Assembly (NCBI RefSeq): GCF_964355755.1
Contig: NC_092675.1
Coordinates: 17,146,912-17,210,911, forward strand
Source: Antedon mediterranea
Lineage: Eukaryota; Animalia; Echinodermata
Direction of reading: 5' to 3'
DNA length: 64,000 nt
Within the stretch, counting starts at the first letter, position 1. Each line of letters opens with the position of its first letter. The position numbers and the translations under genes were made by a program. The notes under the pieces are model-generated. The model had not been told where the DNA came from and made no database searches. It saw nothing but the letters and a program-made list of their open reading frames with translations. Shown here piece by piece: positions 52,816 to 64,000 of the stretch.

Positions 52816-54325
52816 GGCGCTAATGCAGTTTCGTACCCACCCCTTAAAATTACTCAAAATCTTCATCCAACCTACTCACGAGTTGTCTACAACATCCTGC
52901 AATCATAAAATTGTAAAAATTCGATATTTTTTTTATTTATAACTATTTTTAATCAATTAATACTGAGCACCCTTCAGAAATACATCGCCAGCTTAGCTTT
53001 GCGAAAATCGTCGCTAGGCCTGCCGATAAAAGTACGGAGGCCTCACAGGACATTAACTCTTGATAGAGTAAACAGTTGCGTTCTATAGAGGGCGTAGTTT
53101 ACTAATGTTTAAAGCACGCACTAAATAATAATTTGCATTATTTCCGACATGAATTTCGTATTTTTAATAAAGAAATAATATACAATTATTGTATTCATCA
53201 TTGTGGGTATCATCATATGTTATGTTTTTAATTTGTTTTTCATTTTTAATAGTAGAATTTCACACAGGAAAGAAGATAAATTGTATGGGACTGCTGACTT
53301 GAAGATTTAAGTACTACAGACCAATTTTCCTCTGTTTTAGTTTATTTTACATTATGATTTGTAGGTCAAATAAATAAATAAAATGAAATAAAAAGAATTA
53401 CAGTACTTCGTTCAGTCCTGAGCTACATTGTTATAACACAATAAACAAGGAGCTTATGACAAATTAATTGTTTTAGTAATGTTATCACTATATTAGAAAC
53501 ACTAATGGTTTCCTTGTTTTAAGATTTTATAGAAGTATATAAATTAACATTTGTTATTCACCCATGAAAGACCTCTTCAAATACATGGAAATAAGAAATG
53601 CAACAAAAACAGAAAGATATAATTTATTGAAATGTAATGTACAGTAATAAAATGATAATTATAATAAAAATGTTTTCCATCAATTACTAGAATTTATTTT
53701 ACTTCTGCTGACACTGAAAACATAATTTCATGTCTTTCATTTCTTCCTTTTTATCTTCTTTCCTGTTGTGTTTATTAAAATAAAATAAAAATATAACATT
53801 TAATAATGAAGCAACTGTTCCTTTATTTATTTCAACAATATTTTACGAGGGTGGTCCATCCAGCCGAAGCTGATCATTAAAGACCCTCACAAAAATATAA
53901 TTTGACAAGACAATAACACTCAAATTAAAAAGAATTTCTAAAAATTAACAACATAATTAAACACAAAATATTTCTTTATGAAAAAACTTAAAAGTTCGTT
54001 TCACGAGGAATATTTTTTACGCATTTTTTAAAGACATATAATATGACCATAACAGCGTCCTCTATAGATCGATGCCCTATGAGGCCTCCGTACTTTTATC
54101 GGCAGGCCTAGCGATGATTTTCGCGAAGCTAAGCTTGCGATGGATTTCTGAAGGGTGCTCAATTATCAATTGATTAAAAATATTTATAAATAAAAAGTTA
54201 TCGATATTTTACAATTTTATGCTTGCAGAATGCTGTAGACAACTCGTGAGTAGGTTAGAATTAGATGAAGTATTGAAACAATTTTGAGTAATTTTAAGGG
54301 GTGGGTACGAAACTGCATTAGCGCC
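52816..54325. mobile_element. PIF/Harbinger-like non-autonomous element with TIRs of about 280 bp and TAA TSD
   Basis: taa|ggcgctaatgcagtttcgtacccacccctta...taaggggtgggtacgaaactgcattagcgcc|taa. The arms stay complementary to about 53095 and 54050. Confidence 0.88.
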
Positions 54326-54499
54326 TAATAATTATATGAATATTAGCAACTTACCTTAAACATCAATGAATATACAATAAAGTAAGTAATTATCTTACAG
54401 TTTGAAACTTAACCCAATTTAGAAACGCACTAAAAAACATAAAACACATGTTCCGTTCGCCACACATGACGTATATGGTAATCTCTTCTTCCTCTCGGC

Positions 54500-56149
54500 C
54501 AGCGTTGCCAGCGATAAAATTTAAATTATGCCGTATCCTGTCTCAAATAATGCCAGATTGGGAAAACTAATGCCAGATCCCCAAAATGTGGCCCTAAACA
54601 GCGCCACCAATGGTTGTATGTCTAATAAACGTTTGTAAAACCCCAACTGACACAAAATAGGACCTAAATTGTATCCCCATGTCATACAAAATTTATATTT
54701 TTAGTTTTGTGAGTAATAACTAATAATTCTAAATATCTGGGGTGCGAAAATGGTAATTGCAAATGACACCAACACCAACCCCCACCCCCTCCCCCACCCC
54801 AAAAAAAAAAACCCTGTTACAGCCATGGAAATTTATAATTTTTGAGCTGAAATATGAGAGCTGCTCGATGGCCGGGATCTTTGCACTTAATTTCAAATAT
54901 GAAAGGATCTTAGCCCACCATAATTAGAAAATGGCAATTATAATTTAAAATAGGAAATAAAAAAAATTATTTTGAGTGTCTCCAGGACCTCAGCCCCACC
55001 ATGGTTGATAAGAAAATTTGGAAAAATACAGCTACTCGATGGCCGGAAATGGCACTTTATTTAAAATATGAAATAAAAATATATTTATTATGTCTCCATG
55101 ATCTTAGCCCACCATAGTTCGAAAATGGCAATTATAATTTAAAATAGGAAATCAAAATATATATTAATTGTGTCTCCAGGACCTCAGCCCCAACCATGGT
55201 GGGGCTGAGGTAAGAAAATTTGAAAAATATAGAGCTGCTCAATGGCCGGAAATGGCACTTAATTTCAAATATAAAATAAAAATATATTTATTAGTACCTC
55301 CAGGATCTTAGCCCATGATAGTTTTGAAAGTGCCAATTATAATTTAAAATAGGAAATAAAAATATATATTAAGTGTTTCCAGGACCTCAGCCCCACCATG
55401 GTTGGGGCTGAGGTAAAACAAATTGGAAAAATAGAGCTGCTAGATGGCCGGAAATTGCACTTAATTTTAAATAACAATGTATAAGAGTCCCTAGGACCTC
55501 GCCCCATCATGGTCACTGAGAGGTGAAGAAAATTTGGAAATATAGGGTTGCTACGACGATGCAAATGGAACATAATTTGAAATATGGAAAACAAATTCTC
55601 TAGAAGAAATTCGTTTTAAAATTAGAGCTTCTAGTTACCGGAAATTGCCATTTTAAGGGTTGGGGTAGGGGTGTGGCCGCTTATAATTATGAACTGAAAA
55701 AACAAAACCCCTTTCATAATGTTTTCGTTCAATTGTCTCTATATCTGGGGATCCAATAACCTGCATGGTCTCTGAAATAGAGCAACATAATTGGCCAATA
55801 GCTAGCCTCTTCGGATTTGTTGTGCTGCCTATATCGCACACACGGTAGTTTTTGAGCAGCCTTCCTATCCAAAGAGTCGATTAAGTCCGAAACGAAAGGA
55901 TGGAAGAACTATTGTACGGAAAACCCGAACAGATCTGTTTTGTATGATATGATATTGTGTAAGTTGATATGTATTAACAAAATATTTTATTTTTGTTCTG
56001 TGGTATATTATTTTTTTGGTTGTTCAAAAAACACAAAATTATGCCAGATTATGCTAAAAACGGCTAAATAATGCCGCGGCATTATGCCAGATGCCGTGGG
56101 CCTCCAAATAATGCCAAAAAGCATAATAATGCCAGAAATGGCAACTATG
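54500..56149 (+). mobile_element. hAT-like element with atgccaga subterminal repeats
   Basis: Ends cagcgttgccagcgat... and ...tggcaactatg. Same architecture as 60372-60836. No clean 8-bp TSD here. Confidence 0.6.
54845..55655. repeat. Degenerate tandem array with a period of about 180-200 bp
   Basis: Recurring gagctgctcgatggccggaaatggcactt and ccaggacctcagccccaccatggtt. Confidence 0.75.
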
Positions 56150-57350
56150 CTTCTTCCTCGGCGGTCACATTTGCCTCATTTTAATATAGGCTGATGAACA
56201 ACACTCTCATGAATAATAAACAGTTGTTTACGTCATACTATACTGGGATTTTACCTCTTGAATATTCATAAGATAAAGTTTCATACAACCGGCCGTGTGT
56301 GATGTTTATCACATTTTTGGGAGGAGAGTAGGCTAGAGATAGGCCTAGGCTAGCACAAAGTTTATATCTATCACATAATACATACATTGTTTTATTTAAA
56401 TTATGTCATTATCATTAAAATGGAATTAAGTTTTAGTGACGATGATGACGATTTTGTCGCTAAAAAAAGACGTCGAATTGAATGTGACAAAGGTGCAGTG
56501 GAACATTAAATTATTGAAAAAAAACGAAAAAGAAGATAATGCAGATCATCCATATCACGATGTAATTGCTGTTAAATCCGAGTTAGCGGTAGCTCATGCC
56601 ATATCAGCCTATGAAAAAGTTTGTTCATGGGCACCAGGATAAAAATTATGCCAAAGAAGGTTGGTAGAAAAATTATTAACTTTTATAGTAGCGATGGCCT
56701 AGGTCTAGGTAGGCCTAGGCCTAAGTAATAATAATATACTGTCTAGCCTAGGCTGGCCTATTATTAAATATTATGTATAAAATAAAATAGTACTTAGGCC
56801 TAACAACTGTAAAAACCTTCATGTTCTCTTTTATGATAGGCAAACAAAGTTATAAGCAAAAATATCCTCCAGGGTGGATTTAAAATGCAGCCTGTGTTAA
56901 AAATTGGGGTTTTTTCAGATTCCATTTTGGCCCCCATTGGTTCAATTCCCACTTCTAGTGAAATTTTTTTTATAGGTATTGTATAAAGTTGTGATGATAC
57001 CAAATATAAATGATTAGGAATATGACTAAAGTTTCTGTCGTCTACAACAATTTTAAAGACCATGATGTCATTTAAATTCCATCTAAACTACTCATCCCAA
57101 ATTTATGTGATGAGGTCATAATTAAGGCACCTTAAGGGTACCTTTTCTCTTTATTTAGTTATAGTTATAGCTTACCTAGAAAACATGACACTGTGTTTGA
57201 TTTCAGTAATTGTTTAATTTCCCCGACTCAGTAGCTATTTAAAAAAAATGACACATCTTTTAGACTTGTAATAAATTGTATTGAAGAAATACACAAGAAA
57301 TGCAGGTGTATTAGGTATAGGCCAAATCTGAAAGTTCAATTTGATTTGGT

Positions 57351-57383
57351 CATGGAGTAAAGAATATTTATTCTTACTCCATG
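57351..57383. mobile_element. 33-bp hairpin made of the two TIR ends of the 50999-52300 family, 7-bp TSD atttggt
   Basis: atttggt|catggagtaaagaatatttattcttactccatg|atttggt. The first 16 nt are identical to the TIR at 50999. Confidence 0.85.
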
Positions 57384-58211
57384 ATTTGGTGAATAAATAT
57401 CTCACTATATTTAATAGTGTTACCGTTGTCAGCAGCCCAAAATCAAATTGTTCATGTCGGTGTTCATGTCACTTAATTTGGTAATTGTTCTCAAGAAAAC
57501 ACATAAATTGAAAATGAAAAATCCAGTTTATTCATAATAATCATTACATAGTATTTGATACAATAAATAATATCTTGTTTTATCTTTTCCATCCAAGTCA
57601 AACAATTACGGCCCAATACTGTAGTGCAAGTGAAACTTCTGAATATTCAAGCAGTAAAATCCCAGTATAGTATGACGTAACCAACTGTTTATTATTCATG
57701 AGAGTATTGTTCAGCCTAGCGTGACATATATTAAAATGAGGCAAATGTGACCGAGGAAGAAGAGATACGTATAATATGGAGTAGACGTCGTATAAGAATA
57801 TTGACGCCCCCTATAATAGGAATTTGAATACAATTTTTATTTATTTATTGGGAATTACACCTCTAGATCGATGGCACACTCAGCGCAAAGGTGCATACTT
57901 CACAATAACAATATAAAATATAATAATTAATATGTTACATACAGAAAAGTATAAAGGCAAAAACAACTATCAACCCCATTCCCCAATTTAAATCGATACA
58001 TACAGTAGATCATTATACTTTACACAAAATGAATACAAAACAAAAAATATAGTAATACAGTAGGTGTATTAAACACAGCTTATTACGAAAACCCACCAAC
58101 CCCCTCCCCTACTCCTTTTCAATTTACTTAATGTAGCAATGTAGATAACATAGTTATTGAGTCATGGAATTAGGTCATTTCGAAATTGCCATGCTCGAGG
58201 TATCTATCATA

Positions 58212-58310
58212 ATACATGGCTGCAGTCGCGTGCTCAAATTAGTGCTTACCGACCGACCGACCAACCGACCGACATAGTGAGCTGTAGAGTCGCGTTGCAC
58301 GCGACTAAAA
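58212..58310 (-). mobile_element. HINE-like element, copy 2
   Basis: atacatggctgcagtcgcgtgctcaaatt..(ccga)n..agtcgcgttgcacgcgactaaaa. Confidence 0.6.
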
Positions 58311-58379
58311 ACTATCCAAAATATTGTCACAATCTTCATCAATTAAATTATCTGAGTATCCCAAAATATATTTAAGTAT

Positions 58380-58850
58380 GTCAATTTGATGAGAAGTATA
58401 AAATGTATCAAACATTATCTTTGCTGCCATTTCTATACATATCCACATATAAATTAAATAATTCCTGATTACGTATATTATTTAAAGCTGCACAATTAAG
58501 GATGAAATGATGGATGTCTTCGTCCGAATTTGTACCGCATAATTTACATTTTTTATTATTATCAATATTCCAATTTGCAGTTCTATCATTCAAAGGTAGA
58601 TATATTTGAAAGAACTTTAAATTTTAATACAGCACCTTCAAATTAGTTTGATCAATTAGGTAGTTTTCAAGTTCAGGTTTTGATTTTAATGTTTTATAGA
58701 TGTGGAGACTTGATTTTTTTTTGTAATTCAATTCTCCATTCATCATTATAGAGTTAAGTTTTCTTAAAATTTTAGAAATTGGAAAGTAGACTTCTTGTAA
58801 TTTGAGAGAGTGGTGAAAATATTTTTGGATTCACAATTACACTTTAAGAG
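58380..58850 (-). mobile_element. Decayed LINE ORF2 3' end (zinc knuckle)
   Basis: CKLCGTNSDEDIHHFILNC resembles the non-LTR CCHC motif. Confidence 0.55.
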
Positions 58851-60005
58851 AATATCGTTTATACAAGATAGAAACTTAAATTCACAAATAAGTTGTAGCA
58901 TTCCAATAAATATAAAATTAATAGGATATATTTAGAGTGTTAATTGTATTTTATGTTTTAATAACCGACAACATTGTATTTGTCGTCATTAACGCACATT
59001 TGACGCATTTAGCCATGCATTCCGAGGGTGTTTGCATATAATGGTATTAAAACAAATTGTATATATCAACAGCTAAATACTGAATAATTATACGTCCTTT
59101 TCTCCCTTTCCATTTTTTATGCCAAACACATGCTCAAAGTAAGATTTTATCAATAAAAAAAAATGAAATTAACACTCTAAATGTATCTTATTTTGTATAA
59201 TTTACACTATAGGCCTACTTGGGGCTTGGTTATTTATGACTTGATAGGGCTGGAGGAACCAAGAAAAGCAACTTCATCATGTGCCATGACGCTATGATAC
59301 CGTCCTAAAATGTTCGTTTAGGCAGTTGACAATGTATGTTTAGTCCTACTTTGAGTCTGAAATTCCAAGCAAAATGGTTTGATTGTTAGGATTGGAGGTA
59401 CTCTAGCTGTGATTGACATTCCCGTAGCCTTACCGTTTAGTAACTTAGGCCTACTATAGGGCTCTCTATACAATCAATTTTATGGAATGGTTATTATACT
59501 GTAATAATTATTAACATGAATTATAAAGGGCCCTCAACGTTATTTTGTTTTTGTATATGTACAGTATTTGAATCAAATAAATATGTCCTAACTTTTAACA
59601 CGACGCAACGCAAGGACGTAAGCTATATCTCAAGTAGGCCTAATCACCACGCGATATCGTGATGAACACTATAATTTGAACAAAAATACCAGTATTAAAC
59701 ATATCGTAATAGGTGTGATCGATTTCATTTATCCCTAGATTCAATCAATCTAGATTGGTTTTCACAAATTATTTTTATAGCCTGGATATTTAAGCCGCAC
59801 GAGGTCTACCGGGAACTTTCTTTAGGTAGGCCTAACAATAACATTACATGGATTAGTTTACAGCTTTCTTACATCATGTCTAATGTGCCAATCAAATAAA
59901 ACTATTCTTCGAGCAGAGCCTCGTGATAGTCGGCGAATACAACAGCATCCAGTAGGAAGTTAAGAATCAAAGGACCGGATAATCTGTCGAGCAGAGCAGG
60001 AAGCC

Positions 60006-60148
60006 ATGGGATCATTCATAATTAGATTGATCGTACCTCTTGCTATTTATATTCCTGTATTATTTCTAGCCTTTATTCTGATCTATTCCCTTTTCATCGT
60101 ATACAGTCGTCGACGATATGCACATTTCCCACAACCGAAAACATTCCG
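60006..60148 (+). CDS. First coding exon of a second CYP46-like P450 paralog; the rest presumably lies beyond the window
   Basis: MGSFIIRLIVPLAIYIPVLFLAFILIYSLFIVYSRRRYAHFPQPKTF|gtaagt versus ..ILVYSLFIVYNRRQFAHFPQPKTL|gtaagt at 26491-26627. Same phase-2 donor and a gccATGg start context. Confidence 0.82.
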
Positions 60149-60371
60149 GTAAGTACGTGTTCTTGCTATAGACCTATAGGCCTACATTTTATTACGTACA
60201 CTCAGGCCTCTTGCTCACTGGCATAGTGAACTACTACTACCCGCAGCAACTTGTTTTATATATTTTACATTGTACTACTGGCCATTGGCTCATACAGTAG
60301 TGGTCCTAGTGGATCTTACCAAAGAAAAGGCTATATATATATATATATATAATATATATCACAAGAATGGG

Positions 60372-60836
60372 CAGTGTGGCCAGCGATGCAGTTAAAATTA
60401 TGCTGGATTTAATGCTAGGCACAATAGTCAACATTTCACAAAAACAAAGTATCAGAGGGCGGTATATGTACATGTTTTATGTACCACAAAAGTGAGAAGC
60501 AAAAATATATTATCATACTTCTATATAATGTATACTATCAAGATTTGTTTGAAATAATATGCTAGATCATGGTAAATATGCTGCAGAATTGTGTTTTTCT
60601 AATTATGCCAGATTTATATGCTAGATTTTCTAAAATTATGTTAAGTAACAATTATGCTAGATTTTTTTTGAAAATATACTAGATCATGGTAAATATGCTG
60701 CAGAATTGTGTTTTTCTAGTATAGGCTAATTATGCCAGATATTATGCTAGAATTTCTAAAATTATGCCTAGCATAAATTCTAGATGCAAGATGGGTCAAA
60801 ATTATGCTAGATAGAATGCCAGATTCGGCCACTATG
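60372..60836 (+). mobile_element. hAT-like MITE with atgc(c/t)aga repeats and 8-bp TSD
   Basis: agaatggg|cagtgtggccagcgat...cggccactatg|agaatgag (TSD matches 7 of 8). Confidence 0.7.
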
Positions 60837-61428
60837 AGAATGAGTAATCCGCGATTTTTGCATTAGAACTTATGGGCATAATTATGTATACAGACTAAAT
60901 AAGACTTGATGTAATAGATATTAATAATTATACATTAAATAGAATTATGATAATATATTTTGCAATTGTAGAACATTTTATAAAACATAAATAGTAACAA
61001 ACTAGTTTAAATTCACTTCTACAAAAAATTATTTACCAACATGCTAAATTAGTTCTCAAAGAAAGGCCAAACACTGCAACTACAAACATTAAATCAACCA
61101 AGTTACTCAGCATGGACTATTCTTTGCCATTGCCGCGTACTAATCGGTAAATTAATTAATGTTTTAAGATATAAATTAGTATAATATACATGGCATTAAT
61201 AGGACACAGTGTTACATTTAATTAATATTTATTTGTTTTACCAAAAACAAGTTAAATATAGAAATATTATTAAACTACCCTTCGTGAAAACGCGTAAACA
61301 ACAACACGCCCGGTAGCGCCCGGTTGATGAAGCGAACTGTTTATTAGGCAGATTTTTTACTAAAAATAAATTGCATAAAACGGACAATTAAATATCCAAA
61401 CAACATTTACAGTAATGTTGGCATGTAG

Positions 61429-64000
61429 TTTTTTTTTTTTTTTTTTTTTTTTTTTATTTATTGAACACTTTCATATTTAAATTTAAAAAATAGCTTAAAA
61501 TAATAACACTTTCTTATTAATAGTAATACACAATATAAATAATAACACTTTTTAAATAATAATAATATATAATATACATTTCTCTTAAGAACAAACTATA
61601 AATAATTTCATGATGTAATAAATATAAGTCTACTTTTTCTTTTTTCTTAAAAACAAAGTCTATAAATAATTTGTTGTCAATTTTTTTTTTTATAACATAT
61701 TTCAACTAAATAATTTAATTAAACATAAAACTTTCTTATTCAAATATATAGTTATAACTTACTAAATAAACAGATCATAAAAGTGTATAAATAATTCAGG
61801 ATTAAAAAACATATTATAAAAAACAGTACTAAGTCCTTTTTTTTTTTAATGCAAAGTTACCAGTCAATAAGTTCATGTTTTTCCAAGAAAGGACTCCATT
61901 TGTTTAAGTAAGTATGATGCTCCCCTTTGGTTTTCAAAATAAATTCTTCTTGTTTAACGTGTAACTTAATCTCATTCACGAATCGAACAATATTGGGCTT
62001 AATTTTTCTCATTTTACAGCTATATATGTAGTGTCGACAAATTAGTAAAATAGTATTTAGGGCTTTAAATGGTTTTTTTCTAACTCCAAAAAGGCATAAT
62101 TCGGGGTTGATAATTACATTTATATTAAAATATGATTTCAACCATTGTTTAATCTTTCTCCAAAATATTTTAATTTCACAGCATTGTGCAAAAATATGTA
62201 TTAAGGTTTCTGTTTCTGCTTTACATAAAGCACATAAAGGTGAGTCAATTTTCCCAATTTTATACAAAAAGGAGTTATTACCTAAAATTCTATGCACAAT
62301 TTTATATTGAAACCAGAGTAGTGGTGTGGACATAGTAAGTGAGAAAAACATGGTATTAATAATTTCCCACTCTTTATCAACATATAAAGTATCCAATGCC
62401 TTCTCCCACTTAATTTTAGCTTTCGATTGTTTTTTTCTAGAGTTGATTAGAGTATTATAAATTAGCTTTGATCCTTTTTTATTTTTTATTACTACGCTAA
62501 GGTTAAAAGGTAGTAGTGGGCTATTTATTTTTCCTTTTGGAGAAATTTGATATAAAGACGTATGTTGTCTGACCGCATGTATTAGGCCTTCATATTGAAG
62601 AAAGTTGATGTTAAGATTATGACGTTTACTAAGTTGTTTTAATGGAGTTATTCCATGTCTATCAACTAAATCATTTATAAAATTCACCCCATGATTACTC
62701 CAGTTTTTATAATAGATACTTTCTCCGCCGACTTTAATATTATCATTCATCCAGAGTGTTTGTCTACATATCGATTCGGTGCTCATAGGAGTGTTGTGTT
62801 TCACAAATACGCACCACGCCTTTATTACATCCAGCCAAAATGCATTGTAAGGCTTAACCTTCGCTAATTTGATTAATTTCGATGATCCGCCTTCTATGAG
62901 CCAAGTTTTATGAATATTCAACACGAGTGGAACTAAAAGAGCCCATCCCGTCTCATTGGACGTTACTAACCGTCTAACCCACGTGATTTTTACCGATTGA
63001 ATATATGCGTTTATATCGACCATTCGTAAGCCTCCAAATTTATTTTCTTGTATAAGTTGATCTCTGGATATTCTATCCACCCCTTTCCATATGAAACGAT
63101 ATAGTTCTGACTTAAGTGATTTTATTACATTTTCAGGGGGATCGGGTAATGTCGAAAGGATATAGGTAAGTTTGGACAGTAATAAAGACTTCACTACCGT
63201 GATTCTTCCCAAAACAGTTAAGTTTCTTTTTGACCAATGTCTCATTGTATTTTTAATTGATTTATATACGTCTTCATAGTTCAAATCTACCATTTTATTT
63301 AAATTTGTACTGAACCGAATACCCAATGATTCAAAGGGTTCTCCATGTTTGATCCATTTTATATTATAGTTTTCGCATATTGAGTCACCTCGGTCTTTAA
63401 AAGAGCCAACCCAGACAGCATTTGTTTTGTTCACATTCACTTTTAGCCCGGAAATTTTGGAAAATACGTCGAGAGTCTTAAATGCTTCGTGCATTGACTT
63501 CTCTTTACCGTCAAGAAACAATACAGTGTCGTCCGCATACTGAGATAATCGATACTCATGATTTGCAATTGATATTCCTTTAATTTGTTTATTTTCAGAT
63601 ATCATTGAGGATAAAATTTCTGCGCACAGAAGAAACAGGTATGGACTCAGCCCATCCCCTTGTCTACATCCTCTTTCGATTAAGAATGATTCGGAGAGAA
63701 AGCCATTGACAAGAACTGAGGATCTTGCATCTTTATATAGTACTTTCACCCATTTTTGAATGGATTGTCCGAAGTTAAAATGTTTAAGAACGCAGTTAAC
63801 AAATGTGTGAGAAATGCAGTCGAACGCTTTTTCAAAGTCTATCAGTAAAAGCAGACCAGGGATTTTCTTCTTTTCACAAATTTGAATAACATCATACATA
63901 AGTCTTGTATTTTCGCCTATATATCTCCCATTAATAAATCCTTTCTGTTGTTCACTAATTAATATATCAAGGACCGATTTTATTCGTTCTGCAATGCATG
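61429..64000 (-). mobile_element. Young Tx1/L1-clade non-LTR retrotransposon (3' part) with poly(A) tail
   Basis: T27 run at 61429-61455 next to tttatt (AATAAA on the minus strand), then a 400-bp 3'UTR and an uninterrupted ORF2. Confidence 0.92.
61857..64000 (-). CDS. LINE ORF2 reverse transcriptase; its 5' part lies beyond the window edge
   Basis: IDFEKAFD, RGCRQGDGLSPYLF, QYADD, GGL.M.D and zinc knuckle CALCKAETETLIHIFAQC. The frame stays open upstream of 63899 (QKGFINGRYIGEN). Confidence 0.95.
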   Translation of the reverse strand, partial: CIAERIKSVLDILISEQQKGFINGRYIGENTRLMYDVIQICEKKKIPGLLLLIDFEKAFDCISHTFVNCVLKHFNFGQSIQKWVKVLYKDARSSVLVNGFLSESFLIERGCRQGDGLSPYLFLLCAEILSSMISENKQIKGISIANHEYRLSQYADDTVLFLDGKEKSMHEAFKTLDVFSKISGLKVNVNKTNAVWVGSFKDRGDSICENYNIKWIKHGEPFESLGIRFSTNLNKMVDLNYEDVYKSIKNTMRHWSKRNLTVLGRITVVKSLLLSKLTYILSTLPDPPENVIKSLKSELYRFIWKGVDRISRDQLIQENKFGGLRMVDINAYIQSVKITWVRRLVTSNETGWALLVPLVLNIHKTWLIEGGSSKLIKLAKVKPYNAFWLDVIKAWCVFVKHNTPMSTESICRQTLWMNDNIKVGGESIYYKNWSNHGVNFINDLVDRHGITPLKQLSKRHNLNINFLQYEGLIHAVRQHTSLYQISPKGKINSPLLPFNLSVVIKNKKGSKLIYNTLINSRKKQSKAKIKWEKALDTLYVDKEWEIINTMFFSLTMSTPLLWFQYKIVHRILGNNSFLYKIGKIDSPLCALCKAETETLIHIFAQCCEIKIFWRKIKQWLKSYFNINVIINPELCLFGVRKKPFKALNTILLICRHYIYSCKMRKIKPNIVRFVNEIKLHVKQEEFILKTKGEHHTYLNKWSPFLEKHELIDW

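Larger units (their letters stand above)
54479..57768. mobile_element. TIR element (arms about 130 bp) whose left arm is interrupted by the 54500-56149 insertion
   Basis: atctcttcttcctc (54481) plus ttcttcctcgg..ggtcacatttgcctcattttaatata..tactgggattttac (56151-56254) is the reverse complement of 57653-57767. Confidence 0.7.

Overview
AT-rich, intron-containing animal DNA. A Deu/Nin-type SINE core and the gene content suggest an invertebrate deuterostome such as an echinoderm (inference). Host genes assembled by hand from GT-AG exons: (1) an SLC6 Na+/Cl- symporter of the glycine-transporter (GlyT2-like) type, + strand, 1692-12793, about 688 aa; (2) a complete 13-exon CYP46A1-like cytochrome P450, + strand, 26491-36154, 500 aa; (3) DPH6 (diphthine-ammonia ligase) with C-terminal YjgF/RidA-like domains, uninterrupted CDS, - strand, 36733-38805; (4) exon 1 of a second CYP46-like paralog at 60006. 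The rest is a dense, often nested set of mobile DNA: two decayed PHD-containing MULE transposase genes, a Helitron, a 3.3-kb foldback splitting a LINE, Kolobok-, Harbinger-, hAT- and P-like TIR elements, a solo LTR, SINEs, HINE-like repeats and a young Tx1/L1-type LINE. The most unusual signal is four 20-34 bp CATGG...CCATG hairpins, each between 7-bp direct repeats. One matches the termini of a 1.3-kb element with its own 7-bp TSD, so they look like P-element-type excision footprints. TAC(A/T)GTA and TAGGCCTA words are also strongly enriched and regionally segregated, and may be footprints too. All family assignments come from recalled motifs; no database search was run.
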